Assembly: GCA_028711115.1 (NCBI GenBank)
Contig: JAQTSV010000001.1
Location: 134,032-198,031 of the forward strand
Source of the DNA: Candidatus Omnitrophota bacterium
Lineage (GTDB): Bacteria; Omnitrophota; Gorgyraeia; Velamenicoccales; JABMQK01
Length of the DNA: 64,000 bases
Direction: 5' to 3'
Part shown: positions 44,048 through 53,895 of the stretch, one piece after another
How positions within the stretch are numbered: position 1 is the stretch's first letter
Layout of the letters: each line of letters opens with the position of its first letter
The notes under the pieces: generated by a model
Told to the model about the DNA's origin: nothing
Databases searched by the model: none
What the model saw: only the letters and a program-made list of their open reading frames with translations
Program-made: the position numbers and the translations under genes

Positions 44048-45436
44048 ATGAATTATTCTCAGGCAATAAAATACCTGAATTCATTCGTTAATTACGAAAA
44101 AATCTCCAGTTATTCTTACGGTTATCCGCTTAAATTACAGCGGTTTATTAATTTTCTTAATTTAATCGGCAATCCGCAAAATGATTTAAAGGTTATTCAC
44201 GTTGCCGGCACAAAAGGAAAAGGTTCAACCTCGGCGTTCACAGCTTTTATTTTGAAAGAGGCAGGTTTCAAAATCGGTTTATACACATCGCCGCATCTGA
44301 ATGATTTCCGGGAGAGAATCAGAATCTTAAATCCGAAATCCGAAATCCGAAATCCGAAGCAAATCCCAAATCCCAAATCCCAAATTCAAAAATTAGATGA
44401 TTTTGAAGGGATGATTTTAAAAAAAGATATTCTCGGTTTAGTTTCCGGATTAAAACCTAAAATAGATAAATTTAATAAAACTTCGAAATACGGAGAATTA
44501 ACTTTTTTTGAAGTCTATACAGCGATAGCATTTCAATATTTCAAAGACAAAAAAGTAGATTTTGCGGTTTTAGAGACAGGTCTCGGCGGAAGATTGGATG
44601 CGACCAATGTATGCAAATCACTGGTATCCATACTTACGCCGATTAGTTTAGAACATACGTATTTATTGGGTAATACTTTGGAAAAAATCGCTTTTGAAAA
44701 GGCCTCAATTATAAAAAAAGAAAATAAGAAATCTCTAAACGGAAAAACTTTAGCTGTAAGCGCGCATCAGGATAAAACCGCTTTAAATGTAATTAAAAAA
44801 ATGGCGCAAAGAAATAACGCGGTTTTGTTTTACGAAGGGCGAGATTTCAAATTCAAGGTAAAAAAGAATTCATTTGATTATAAAGGATTAAATTATAATT
44901 TAGAAAATTTAAACATAAAATTACTAGGCAAACATCAAATTGCCAACGCCAGTTTAGCTATTTGCGCTATTGAGGCTTTGCGATATCAAGGTATCGATAT
45001 AAAAGAAGACGCGATTAAAAATGGATTAAAGAATTGCCTTTGGCCGGCGAGATTTGAGGTTATTTCCAAGAAACCAACGATTATTATCGACGGAGCGCAG
45101 AATGGCGCGTCAGTAAAAGCTTTAAGCAAAGCGCTAAAAGAAAAGTTTCCTGGCAGAAAAATCTGGGCGATTTTTGGCATTGCCAAAGATAAGGAGCTAA
45201 AAGATACATCTTGCGAGGTAGAAAAAATTACGCGTAACATAATTTTAACCAAAGCAGATAATACCCGCGCCGCCGAACCCAAAGATTTATTAAAATATTT
45301 TAAAACCAATTCCCAAATTCTGACTAAGAATTCCAAAGAGGCCCTGAAAGTAGCTAAGGCTAAAGCAAACAAAAACGATGTGATTTTAGTAACGGGATCG
45401 TTATATTTGTGCGGAGAGACAAGGGAAATTTTATAA
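44048..45436 (+). CDS. folC: bifunctional folylpolyglutamate synthase / dihydrofolate synthase (carries an internal repeat-encoded insertion)
   Basis: HVAGTKGKGST P-loop, TSPHL, LETGLGGRLDATN, DGAQN. About 30 extra residues after ERIRI relative to E. coli FolC, as recalled. Confidence 0.85.
   Translation: MNYSQAIKYLNSFVNYEKISSYSYGYPLKLQRFINFLNLIGNPQNDLKVIHVAGTKGKGSTSAFTAFILKEAGFKIGLYTSPHLNDFRERIRILNPKSEIRNPKQIPNPKSQIQKLDDFEGMILKKDILGLVSGLKPKIDKFNKTSKYGELTFFEVYTAIAFQYFKDKKVDFAVLETGLGGRLDATNVCKSLVSILTPISLEHTYLLGNTLEKIAFEKASIIKKENKKSLNGKTLAVSAHQDKTALNVIKKMAQRNNAVLFYEGRDFKFKVKKNSFDYKGLNYNLENLNIKLLGKHQIANASLAICAIEALRYQGIDIKEDAIKNGLKNCLWPARFEVISKKPTIIIDGAQNGASVKALSKALKEKFPGRKIWAIFGIAKDKELKDTSCEVEKITRNIILTKADNTRAAEPKDLLKYFKTNSQILTKNSKEALKVAKAKANKNDVILVTGSLYLCGETREIL
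44329..44388 (+). repeat. tandem heptanucleotide repeats: (AAATCCG)x4, AAGC, (AAATCCC)x3, then degenerate AAATTCA
   Basis: Read directly. Units at 44329, 44336, 44343, 44350 and at 44361, 44368, 44375. Translated in the folC frame as LNPKSEIRNPKQIPNPKSQIQ. Confidence 0.9.
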
Positions 45437-45456
45437 AAAAGGCGTTAGGAGGGTAT

Positions 45457-45819
45457 ATGAAAAAACTAATTTATCTATTCGTTGCTGTAATATTAGTTAG
45501 CGGGTGTGCTTCCTATTGGAATTCTTTGCCTTGGAGCATAGATAATAACAGAAAGAAATTAATGGAGTTGGAAATAGGAATGACAAAAAAAGAAGTTATT
45601 AATGTGATGGGTGATCCTTATAATAGAGAAGCATATGCTTTACCAAATGGGCACACTCTTGAGTTTTTAATATATTTGACTAAATATACGGACAGTGGTT
45701 CAATTCCAGATTCTGATACTACTCCAATTTGTTTTGAAGATGGCAAGGTTACTGGTTGGGGCAGAAATTTTTATGTTGAGAGAAAACAAAGATATGAAAT
45801 AGAGATAAGGAATAGATAG
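45457..45819 (+). CDS. small lipoprotein (BamE/SmpA-OmlA-like or DUF3192-like)
   Basis: ATG 45457 after GGAGGG. MKKLIYLFVAVILVSGC lipobox. MELEIGMTKKEVINVMGDP resembles the SmpA/OmlA fold motif. Confidence 0.6.
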   Translation: MKKLIYLFVAVILVSGCASYWNSLPWSIDNNRKKLMELEIGMTKKEVINVMGDPYNREAYALPNGHTLEFLIYLTKYTDSGSIPDSDTTPICFEDGKVTGWGRNFYVERKQRYEIEIRNR

Positions 45820-45972
45820 TAGTGCAATCTATGCAAGAGTATCTGAATAGATTATAAGAATATGTGAGGAATAAATGGGTAGCGAACGTATAACCAGACG
45901 GCAGAAAAATATATCTCGATTGTTGCGGGAAAGAAAACAAGTGCAGAGTGATAAGATAAAGAGCCAGAGAAA

Positions 45973-47352
45973 ATGGATACCAAAATAGACGATACAATTG
46001 TAGCAATTTCCACACCAATCGGCGAGAGCGCGATTGGGATTGTGAGGATGAGCGGAGGAAGTTCCCTAAAAATCGCAGATAGGATTTTTAAGGGAAAAGA
46101 CGGAATCTTGCCATCAAAGTTTAAGTCGCACACTATTCGTTACGGCTGGATAAGAAATAAGGCTAAACCGATAGATGAAGTCCTTTTGACGTTGATGCGC
46201 GCGCCAAAAACTTATACGCGTGAAGATATCGTGGAGATAAGTTCGCACGGCGGAGCAGTATCTTTACGAAAGATTTTGGAATTGGTTATAAATTGCGGTG
46301 CAAGGCTGGCAGAACCCGGTGAATTTACCAAAAGGGCATTTTTGAATGGCCGCATTGATTTGGCAAAAGCAGAAGCGGTTTTGGATATAATCCGCGCAAA
46401 GACTGATACCGCCTTAAAATTGGGAGTCGAGCAATTATCCGGAGGCTTATCCAATAAAATAAAATCAATCAGAAAAGAACTTATAGATATTTTAGCGCAT
46501 ATTGAAGCGGATATTGATTTTTGCGAGGAGGATATAGAAACAAATTCCCGTAAAATCCTGGTAAATAAAATAAATAATGTCTCCAAGCAATTGGAAGTTA
46601 TCATTTTGGATTCCCAGAAATCAAATTTCTTCCGCGAGGGAATAAAAGTTACAATTTGCGGCAGGCCAAATGTAGGAAAATCATCTTTGCTTAACGCGAT
46701 TTTAAGAAAAGAAAGGGCGATTGTTACACCTATTGCCGGAACCACGCGTGATATAATCGAAGAATTCATAAATTTGGGCGGAGTCGGCATAAGATTAGTC
46801 GATACAGCAGGAGTGGTTAAACCCAAAGATTTGATAGAACACCACGCAGTAAGATTGGCAAAAAATTCAATCGCGCTTAGCGATATAGTGTTACTTGTAT
46901 TTGACTCAAGCCAAAAGTTAACTCAAAGAGATTTTCATCTTATCAAAGAATTAAAAGGAAAAGATGTGATTGCAGTTTTAAATAAAATTGATTTGCCACA
47001 GCGCATACAAATAGGTAAGATAAGGAAAGAATTCAAAAAGATTGTTTCGGTTTCTTCGTTAAAACAGAAAAATATCGATAAATTGGAGAAAGCAATTGCG
47101 GGTTTTGTTTATAAGGGAAAAGTTATTTCCAGCGAGGGATTGATTACTACCAATGCCCGCCAGATTGGCGAGATAAAACAGGCCAGGGATTTATTAGATA
47201 AAGCAAAAAACAGTTTTATAAAAGAATTGTCTTTAGAATTTGTGGCCCTGGACTTAAAACTGGCGCTGGATTGTTTAGGCAGAATTACAGGCGAAGCAGT
47301 AGATAGCGCTATATTAGATAAAATATTTTCGGAATTCTGTATCGGCAAATAG
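45973..47352 (+). CDS. mnmE: tRNA uridine-5-carboxymethylaminomethyl modification GTPase
   Basis: DTIVAISTPIGESAIGIVRMSG, GRPNVGKSSLLNA, DTAG and the C-terminal FCIGK. Confidence 0.95.
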   Translation: MDTKIDDTIVAISTPIGESAIGIVRMSGGSSLKIADRIFKGKDGILPSKFKSHTIRYGWIRNKAKPIDEVLLTLMRAPKTYTREDIVEISSHGGAVSLRKILELVINCGARLAEPGEFTKRAFLNGRIDLAKAEAVLDIIRAKTDTALKLGVEQLSGGLSNKIKSIRKELIDILAHIEADIDFCEEDIETNSRKILVNKINNVSKQLEVIILDSQKSNFFREGIKVTICGRPNVGKSSLLNAILRKERAIVTPIAGTTRDIIEEFINLGGVGIRLVDTAGVVKPKDLIEHHAVRLAKNSIALSDIVLLVFDSSQKLTQRDFHLIKELKGKDVIAVLNKIDLPQRIQIGKIRKEFKKIVSVSSLKQKNIDKLEKAIAGFVYKGKVISSEGLITTNARQIGEIKQARDLLDKAKNSFIKELSLEFVALDLKLALDCLGRITGEAVDSAILDKIFSEFCIGK

Positions 47353-47366
47353 AATTGGAGGAATAA

Positions 47367-47927
47367 ATGGATAAAAATAAAATTAAGAAAGCAGTAAAAG
47401 AAATTTTAGCGGCAATCGGCGAAAATCCGAACAGGACTGACCTTAAAGCAACTCCGCAAAGGGTGGCTGATATGTATGAGGAGATTTTTTCCGGGATTAA
47501 ACAGGATGCCAAAAAAGAATTAGAGGTTGTTTTGGAACAGAAGCACAATGAAATAGTTCTTTTAAAAAGTATTCCTTTATATTCTGTATGCGAACATCAC
47601 CTTCTTCCGTTTATCGGAAAGGCGCATGTTGCCTATATTCCCAAAGGCGGGCGCGTGACGGGATTAAGCAAAATTGCGCGCGTTGTCGATGTTTTATCTA
47701 GGCGGCTGCAGGTCCAAGAAAGGCTGACTACGCAAATCGCCGACGTAATTATGCAAAAATTAAAACCTCTGGGAGTTATGGTAGTTTTGGAAGCGGAACA
47801 TCTTTGTATGTCCATGCGCGGGGTGAGAAAGCCCGGGACGTTTACCGTGACAAGTGCTGTGAGAGGGATATTTAAGGATAATCAGAAGACAAGGTCAGAA
47901 GCACTATCTTTAATCAAAGATAGGTAA
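47367..47927 (+). CDS. folE: GTP cyclohydrolase I
   Basis: [25 protein letters not shown] and RLQVQERLT motifs. Confidence 0.95.
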   Translation: MDKNKIKKAVKEILAAIGENPNRTDLKATPQRVADMYEEIFSGIKQDAKKELEVVLEQKHNEIVLLKSIPLYSVCEHHLLPFIGKAHVAYIPKGGRVTGLSKIARVVDVLSRRLQVQERLTTQIADVIMQKLKPLGVMVVLEAEHLCMSMRGVRKPGTFTVTSAVRGIFKDNQKTRSEALSLIKDR

Positions 47928-47931
47928 TAAT

Positions 47932-49077
47932 TCAAAAACTCGGTTCGATACAGAACGTTTTATATTTTAAACTTCCTTTTAGCCCGCCTCGGATGAAGTA
48001 GAGATTTGTTAAATACTTCATCTTGCACCAATCCCATAAATTCTTTCGCGGTTCCATCGGTATGCACCACTTTATGAATTGATAGGTAAAATAAATAAAA
48101 TATAAAAAAGATATTCCCAATAGTATTTTTAAAGCTAAAGACGCGGGATTATTTATCGAGGCCGCTAAAAATAAAAGGCAAGCCAGACCGAATATCTGAA
48201 ACAGATGAAAATTGCCCAGATAAATAAAACCTTTTATAGGGAAAGGAAAACTTATTTTTGGTTTTGACCTTTCTAGCTGTAAGATTATTTCCATGCGCCT
48301 TTTGGCGTATTTATCCAGAAGCGGAGGGTGCGCCGCGCCATAAGTAATCCAGACCTTTAAAAGCTGCTGTAAATTTGCACGGTGCATATGGTCTACCTTT
48401 GCCTTAGGCGCAAAATATAATTTCCAGCCAGCGCGCTGTATCTGATAACAAAAGTCAATATCCTCGCCCGTGGGCCTATCCCAGAATTTTGCACCGGCCT
48501 GGTCAATGGCTTTTTTACGGTAAGACACATTTGCCGTGACAAAGAAATATGCTCTGTGGCCGACAATCTGTGTGGGATACATATCGGATAAAAGCGGAAA
48601 GTAACCTTCTTTTATAAATCCGTAGCGCGGCGAAACCATATTAAAACGGAAGTGTTCGCACCAGGCTTCCACAAGGTTATCCTTGTCTACTCTTAGGGTA
48701 TAAACCTCGCCGCCCACAATGCCGATTTTTTCATCGCGCTGAAAATGTTTTAACATTTCATAAATCCATTCTTTGCAAGGCGCGCAATCTCCGTCGGTAA
48801 AAAACAGGAATTCCCCTTTTACGTGTTCCAGCGCTTTATTGCGGGCATAACCAGGAGAAGGGCAATTCGGGATTTCCACAAGTTTTATAAAAGGATATTT
48901 TTCCTGGTATTTTTTGATTAGAGGGATTGTGCCGTCGCTGCTTCCGCCGTCGGCGATGACTATTTCCATCGAGTCGCGCGGATAATCCACCCGCATTAAG
49001 TATTCAAATGTTTTATCCAGCGTGCGCTCAAAATTTTTTACCGGCATGATAATGGAAATAAACGGATCTTTAGGCAT
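47932..49077 (-). CDS. family 2 glycosyltransferase with C-terminal TM helices
   Basis: ISIIMPVKN, ADGGSSDGT and FTDGDC (DxD-like) motifs. Hydrophobic C-terminal third. Confidence 0.8.
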   Translation of the reverse strand: MPKDPFISIIMPVKNFERTLDKTFEYLMRVDYPRDSMEIVIADGGSSDGTIPLIKKYQEKYPFIKLVEIPNCPSPGYARNKALEHVKGEFLFFTDGDCAPCKEWIYEMLKHFQRDEKIGIVGGEVYTLRVDKDNLVEAWCEHFRFNMVSPRYGFIKEGYFPLLSDMYPTQIVGHRAYFFVTANVSYRKKAIDQAGAKFWDRPTGEDIDFCYQIQRAGWKLYFAPKAKVDHMHRANLQQLLKVWITYGAAHPPLLDKYAKRRMEIILQLERSKPKISFPFPIKGFIYLGNFHLFQIFGLACLLFLAASINNPASLALKILLGISFLYFIYFTYQFIKWCIPMEPRKNLWDWCKMKYLTNLYFIRGGLKGSLKYKTFCIEPSF

Positions 49078-49090
49078 TAAAGCCTCCTTT

Positions 49091-50623
49091 TTATAGCCAC
49101 AACTGTCTGTCCAAAGAGCGGTATTGTATGGCTTCAGATATGTGGCTAGAATCTATTTTATCACTTTTATCCAAATCCGCAATAGTGCGTGAGATTTTTA
49201 ATATTTTATCATAGGCGCGTGCGGAAAAATTCATACTCTCCATTGTGGTCTTGAGCAGTTCGTTGGTTTCTTCGTCCAGGTGGCAATACTTTTTTATTTG
49301 TTTGTGATTCATGTGGCTGTTGAAGTAAATATTTTCATTTGTAAATCTTTGTTTCTGGATTTTGTGTGCTTCTTTGACGCGTTCTTTGATTTCTTGTGAG
49401 GATTCACTTTGCTGCGGGCTGGTTATCTCTTTGTGCCCCAGCGAAGGAACTTCGATATGTATATCGATTCTGTCCAAGAGCGGCCCGGAAATTCTGGAGA
49501 GATATTTTTCAATCTTTGTGGAATTACAGCGGCAATTCCTTTTTAAATCTGTAAAATAACCGCAGGGGCAGGGATTCATCGCACACACCAGCATAAAACG
49601 CGAAGGAAAAGTCAGGGATTTGCTTGCGCGCGCAATATGTACACAGCCATCTTCCAGCGGCTGGCGCAGTGCTTCTAAGGCGTCACGGTGGAATTCCGGT
49701 AATTCATCTAAAAACAGAACTCCGTTATGGGCTAAACTTATTTCGCCGGGCTGCGGTATAGAACTTCCGCCTATTAAAGCCACGTCGGATATTGTGTGGT
49801 GCGGGGCGCGGAATGGCCGGGCGAAAATCAGTCCTGTTTTTTCAGGGATAAGCCCCAGCGATGAATGGATGCAGGTAGTTTCAATAATCTCCTCTTCGCT
49901 CATATCGGGAATTATGGTAGGGATTCTTTTGGCTAGCATAGATTTGCCGCTGCCTGGCGGGCCGATCATAAGTATATTGTGTCCGCCGGAAACTGCCACT
50001 TCCAAAGCACGTTTAGCCATCAACTGGCCTTTAACCTCGGAAAAATCTACGTCATATCTTTGTACGCTGTTTAAAATTTCGTTTATGTCTATTTTGGTTT
50101 CCAATACCCCGTCGCCGCTAGACAGAAAATTTATAGTTTCTTTTATTGAATCCAGGCCGAATACTTTTATGCCTTTGATTAATGCAGCTTCTTTGGTATT
50201 GGCTGTGGGCAGGATAAGATTTTTGATTCTGCCTGCACGCATCTTCATCGCTATGGGCAGAGCGCCTTTAACCGGCCTTAATTTACCTTCCAAAGACAAT
50301 TCGCCCAGCACTATGTAATCTGCGAGCAGATTCTTGTTTATCTGTCCTGAGCTAGCCAAAATACCTAGGGCTATGGCAAGATCGAAATTGCCACCTTCTT
50401 TTTTTATGTCAGCAGGAGCAAGATTTACGGTAATTCTTTCCGAAGGAAAACGCAAGCCGCTATTTCTTATGGCGGATTTTATTCTTTCCTTGCTTTCCTT
50501 TACGCTGGCATCAGGAAGCCCTACGATATTAGTCACCGGCAGACCAGAGGAAATATCCGCCTCTATTTCTACCGCATAGGCCTCAATGCCCAAAATGCCG
50601 AAACTGTTTATTTTTGAAAACAT
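49091..50623 (-). CDS. comM: YifB/ComM family Mg-chelatase-like AAA+ ATPase
   Basis: N-terminal Lon-protease-like domain, Walker A GPPGSGKS, VLFLDELPEF, a CPCG zinc motif, and a C-terminal ChlI-like helical domain. Confidence 0.9.
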   Translation of the reverse strand: MFSKINSFGILGIEAYAVEIEADISSGLPVTNIVGLPDASVKESKERIKSAIRNSGLRFPSERITVNLAPADIKKEGGNFDLAIALGILASSGQINKNLLADYIVLGELSLEGKLRPVKGALPIAMKMRAGRIKNLILPTANTKEAALIKGIKVFGLDSIKETINFLSSGDGVLETKIDINEILNSVQRYDVDFSEVKGQLMAKRALEVAVSGGHNILMIGPPGSGKSMLAKRIPTIIPDMSEEEIIETTCIHSSLGLIPEKTGLIFARPFRAPHHTISDVALIGGSSIPQPGEISLAHNGVLFLDELPEFHRDALEALRQPLEDGCVHIARASKSLTFPSRFMLVCAMNPCPCGYFTDLKRNCRCNSTKIEKYLSRISGPLLDRIDIHIEVPSLGHKEITSPQQSESSQEIKERVKEAHKIQKQRFTNENIYFNSHMNHKQIKKYCHLDEETNELLKTTMESMNFSARAYDKILKISRTIADLDKSDKIDSSHISEAIQYRSLDRQLWL

Positions 50624-50671
50624 TTTACCCTTGTTAAAATTTATCTACTGTTTAATTTATTATCTGCGAAT

Positions 50672-50716
50672 AAGACTGATTGGGGCGATGCGGTTTGTTC
50701 CGCATGATTCAGTCTT
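50672..50716. repeat. nested inverted repeat AAGACTGA..ATGCGG-TTTGTT-CCGCAT..TCAGTCTT
   Basis: An 8-bp outer and a 6-bp inner helix in the divergent intergenic region between comM (-) and the PAP2-like gene (+). No T-tract. Confidence 0.5.
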
Positions 50717-50809
50717 TAAAGAAATTAAGGTTTATGGCCCTGCGGATTGTTAAAGTAGCAAAATATGCTGATTTCAGAGAATAAAGAGGAATCAACAATT
50801 ACAAAATCC

Positions 50810-50837
50810 TTGCAATTTTATTGAATTATAATATAAT
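50810..50837 (+). promoter_or_regulatory. promoter candidate (TTGCAA-16 nt-TATAAT)
   Basis: TTGCAA at 50810-50815 and TATAAT at 50832-50837, about 65 nt upstream of the 50901 start. Confidence 0.4.
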
Positions 50838-50900
50838 GTAGCTTAACATATCAGCGGAAAAGCGTCAAGAAAAACCACTTTTTAAGAATTTTTACCCAAG

Positions 50901-51368
50901 ATGATTAATTATATTCACGTAAGAGGTATATTTGACGAATTAAAGTTAAACCATTTGTTTTTGGTGACTATTTTTGCTTGGTGTTTGGCCCAGCTGATAA
51001 AAGTAAGCTTAGGAGTAATCAGAACAAAGAAATTCGACTTCAGGTGGTTCATCGGAACAGGCGGTATGCCTTCTGCGCATGCAGCAGGTGCCAGCGCCTT
51101 AGCAATCACTTCGGGATTTGACTACGGTTTTAATTCGGGCATATTTGCTCTGGCAATCGTGTTTGCCATAGTTACGATGTTTGATGCGCAGGGAGTGCGC
51201 CGTTCAGCAGGAAGCCAGGCGAAGATATTGAATCAGGTGATGGAAGATATCTACTGGAAGGGCAGAATCCACGAGATGAGATTAAAAGAGCTCATCGGCC
51301 ATACCCCGGTAGAAGTGATAGTGGGTTCAATTATAGGTATATTAATCGCCATAATTCTTCAAAAATAG
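50901..51368 (+). CDS. divergent PAP2 / DUF212 family membrane protein
   Basis: GGMPSAHAA and MFDAQGVRR motifs are typical of the acid phosphatase/vanadium-haloperoxidase-related DUF212 family. Confidence 0.75.
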   Translation: MINYIHVRGIFDELKLNHLFLVTIFAWCLAQLIKVSLGVIRTKKFDFRWFIGTGGMPSAHAAGASALAITSGFDYGFNSGIFALAIVFAIVTMFDAQGVRRSAGSQAKILNQVMEDIYWKGRIHEMRLKELIGHTPVEVIVGSIIGILIAIILQK

Positions 51369-51380
51369 AAAGGGATATAA

Positions 51381-52199
51381 ATGAAACCGCGTTTCTTAAT
51401 TATTATTGCTATTTTGTTAGTTGTTTTGATATCCGTTCTTTTGCCAAGATTCATTAAAAGAGATATGACAAGCAGGGCGCAGGACGGGACTGCCCAGGTA
51501 AATATCGATTCATATCTGAAGCAGGCAGACGCCTTTACGGAACACAACAGTTTATTAGAGGCAAAAGAAATTTACAAAAAAGTCATGGATATGTCTTTGT
51601 CGTCGGAACAGATGAGTGCTGTGCAAGCCAAACTGGAGGATTTGAATATAAAAATACTCCTTTCCGGAGTTAACAACGAGCAATCGCAAGTTTATGAAGT
51701 AAAGCCCGGAGATACGCTCATAGACATTTCCCGGGATTTTAACGTAACCGTAGATTCAATTATCAAGGCAAATAACATAAAAGATAATATGATATATCCG
51801 GCGATGAAGCTGAAGATTCTGAAAGGAAAATTCAGTATTTACGTAGATAAATCACAGAATATTTTACTTCTAAAATTTAATGATGAAGTCATAAAGACTT
51901 ATAATGTTTCTACCGGTAAGAATAATTGCACTCCGGTGGGCACATATAAAATTGTAAACAAGATATTAAATCCACCCTGGTATAAAGATGGCAAAAAGAT
52001 TCCTCCTTCCAGCCCTGAGAATATCCTCGGTTCGCGCTGGCTGGGTTTTGATATCCCCGGCTATGGCATACACGGTACCACTCAACCGGATGAAATTGGC
52101 AAGCAAATAACCGAAGGTTGTGTACGCATGAGAAACAGCGATGTAGAAGAAGTATACAGCCTTGTGCCCGTCAATACAGAAGTAACAATCGTCGATTAA
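51381..52199 (+). CDS. L,D-transpeptidase (YkuD) with LysM domain
   Basis: N-terminal TM helix. LysM (YEVKPGDTLIDISRDFNVTVDSIIKANNI). YkuD catalytic YGIHGT...GCVRM. Confidence 0.85.
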   Translation: MKPRFLIIIAILLVVLISVLLPRFIKRDMTSRAQDGTAQVNIDSYLKQADAFTEHNSLLEAKEIYKKVMDMSLSSEQMSAVQAKLEDLNIKILLSGVNNEQSQVYEVKPGDTLIDISRDFNVTVDSIIKANNIKDNMIYPAMKLKILKGKFSIYVDKSQNILLLKFNDEVIKTYNVSTGKNNCTPVGTYKIVNKILNPPWYKDGKKIPPSSPENILGSRWLGFDIPGYGIHGTTQPDEIGKQITEGCVRMRNSDVEEVYSLVPVNTEVTIVD

Positions 52200-52267
52200 T
52201 CATAAATTTTTATTTTCAACCGCCATCGGTGTTTGAGCATTAATTTATTTTCGAATAGGGTAAACAG

Positions 52268-53242
52268 ATGAATGGATTAGATTTTGAAAAACCCATAACC
52301 GAGCTGGAAGAAAAGATAGAGGAGCTTAAAGAGTTCCAGCAGAAGCACTCTGATCAGGATAGAAAAATCAATCTGTCTGCAGAGATTAAGAAGCTGGAAG
52401 ACAAACTCAATACGCTCAAGAAGGAAGTTTTTGAAAACCTTAGCCCTTGGCAGAGAATTCAAATTGCCCGCCATCCTCGACGGCCTTATACCTTGGACTA
52501 TATTGATATGCTTTCCGAGAATTTTATCCAGTTGTATGGGGACAGGTGTTTTGCAGACGACAAGGCAATCGTGGCAGGCCTGGTTAAAATAGGAACTCAG
52601 AGGTTATTGGTTATGGGTCATCAGAAAGGCCGCGATACGCAGGAAAATATTTATCGCAACTTTGGTTGTGCGCATCCCGAAGGATACCGCAAGGCACTGC
52701 GCCTGATGCAATTAGCCGAGAAATTCAATCTGCCTATATTGATATTTATTGATACGCCGGGTGCATATCCCGGCATTGGCGCGGAAGAAAGAGGCCAGGC
52801 ACAGGCCATCGCCTGGAATTTAAGAGAAATGATAAAGATAAAAACTCCGATTGTTATTTATGTTATCGGTGAAGGCGGCAGCGGCGGAGCATTAGGTATA
52901 GGCATAGGAGATAGAATAAGCGTTTTAGAAAATGCATATTATTCTGTAATTTCTCCTGAGGGTTGTGCTGCCATACTTTGGAAAAATAGCAATAAGGCCA
53001 GCGACGCCGCAGAGGCGCTTAAATTGACAGCCACGGATTTATTAAGGTTCGGCATTATCGATGAGATAATCAAAGAGCCGTTAGGCGGCGCGCATCGCGA
53101 TCCGCAGACAACAGCGAAGAATATCAAAGAATCGCTTAAGAAAAATATAGAGGAATTATCCAGCCTCTCCAAAGACGAACTTATAAATAAACGTTACGAT
53201 AAATTCCGCAAAATCGGAGTAATCTCCGAGCAGGTTTCGTAA
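52268..53242 (+). CDS. accA: acetyl-CoA carboxylase carboxyltransferase subunit alpha
   Basis: [33 protein letters not shown] and [10 protein letters not shown]. Confidence 0.95.
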   Translation: MNGLDFEKPITELEEKIEELKEFQQKHSDQDRKINLSAEIKKLEDKLNTLKKEVFENLSPWQRIQIARHPRRPYTLDYIDMLSENFIQLYGDRCFADDKAIVAGLVKIGTQRLLVMGHQKGRDTQENIYRNFGCAHPEGYRKALRLMQLAEKFNLPILIFIDTPGAYPGIGAEERGQAQAIAWNLREMIKIKTPIVIYVIGEGGSGGALGIGIGDRISVLENAYYSVISPEGCAAILWKNSNKASDAAEALKLTATDLLRFGIIDEIIKEPLGGAHRDPQTTAKNIKESLKKNIEELSSLSKDELINKRYDKFRKIGVISEQVS

Positions 53243-53245
53243 TCG

Positions 53246-53773
53246 ATGAAATTAGAACAGGAATTAGTGATTTTAGGTCTTCTTAAAGATAAGCCCCGCC
53301 ATGGTTATGAAATCAGAAAACAAATTAACGATTTTCTTACCTATTTTACAGGCCTGGGATATGAGTCGATATACTATTCTTTGACTGCTCTCGAGAAGAA
53401 AGGAATAGTAAAAAGGATAGTAACGGCTTCAAAAAATCGCCCCGATAAATATGTATATTCTCTCACAGAGAAAGGCAAAGAACGCTTCAGCGCTTTATTG
53501 GATAAGAGTTTTCTCCATATCCAGCGGCCTTATTTTGGCATAGATATCTCATTATTTTTTCTACCATATTTAGATTCGGATAACGTTCGTATAAAGCTTA
53601 AAGCGCGGCTCAGGATTTTAAAGAAAATAGAGCTGAATCTTTTGAAATTTTATTCTGAAATCCGCAGTCAAAAACCACCTCATCTGTTAGCCATTCTTGA
53701 ACATAACCTGGAATTGATTAAAACAGAGATAAATTTTGTCTCTAATTTAATTTCTCGCCTGAATAAAATATAA
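53246..53773 (+). CDS. PadR family transcriptional regulator
   Basis: ILGLLKDKPRHGYEIRKQI...SIYYSLTALEKKGIV winged-helix pattern with a C-terminal dimerisation-type extension. Confidence 0.8.
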   Translation: MKLEQELVILGLLKDKPRHGYEIRKQINDFLTYFTGLGYESIYYSLTALEKKGIVKRIVTASKNRPDKYVYSLTEKGKERFSALLDKSFLHIQRPYFGIDISLFFLPYLDSDNVRIKLKARLRILKKIELNLLKFYSEIRSQKPPHLLAILEHNLELIKTEINFVSNLISRLNKI

Positions 53774-53820
53774 CCTATCTCATTATTCTTCAATAGGTTT
53801 TATATCAGATAAAATAACAG

Positions 53821-53849
53821 TTGACACATTTGTTGAAAGATAGTAAAAT
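53821..53849 (+). promoter_or_regulatory. sigma70-type promoter (TTGACA-17 nt-TAAAAT)
   Basis: TTGACA at 53821-53826 and TAAAAT at 53844-53849, about 45 nt upstream of the acyl-CoA synthetase start. Confidence 0.55.
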
Positions 53850-53871
53850 TTTACTAATTAAATTTTACTAA
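53842..53871. promoter_or_regulatory. candidate operator: 14-bp perfect palindrome AGTAAAATTTTACT plus a repeated half-site
   Basis: The palindrome at 53842-53855 overlaps the -10 hexamer. AAATTTTACTAA occurs twice (53846-53857 and 53860-53871). Confidence 0.4.
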
Positions 53872-53895
53872 GAGCAATTAGTTTATAAAGTTAAT

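Noticed and set aside
44329-44388. Heptamer repeat array as a CRISPR or minisatellite locus
   Set aside because: The units are 7 nt and directly abutting, with no spacers, and the array lies in frame inside folC. It is reported instead as an intragenic tandem repeat.
45875-45988. 37-codon highly basic small ORF (MGSERITRRQKNISRLLRERKQVQSDKIKSQRKWIPK) upstream of and overlapping the mnmE start, preceded by GAGGAA
   Set aside because: It is too short and unsupported by any recognisable family (it is not rpmH-like). It could be a chance ORF in an A/G-rich leader. Ribosome profiling or conservation data would be needed.
47932-50623. The only two minus-strand genes (GT2 and comM) as an inverted or acquired segment
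   Set aside because: Both are common chromosomal genes. No flanking repeats, mobility genes or obvious compositional shift were seen, and convergent or divergent junctions alone are not evidence of an island.
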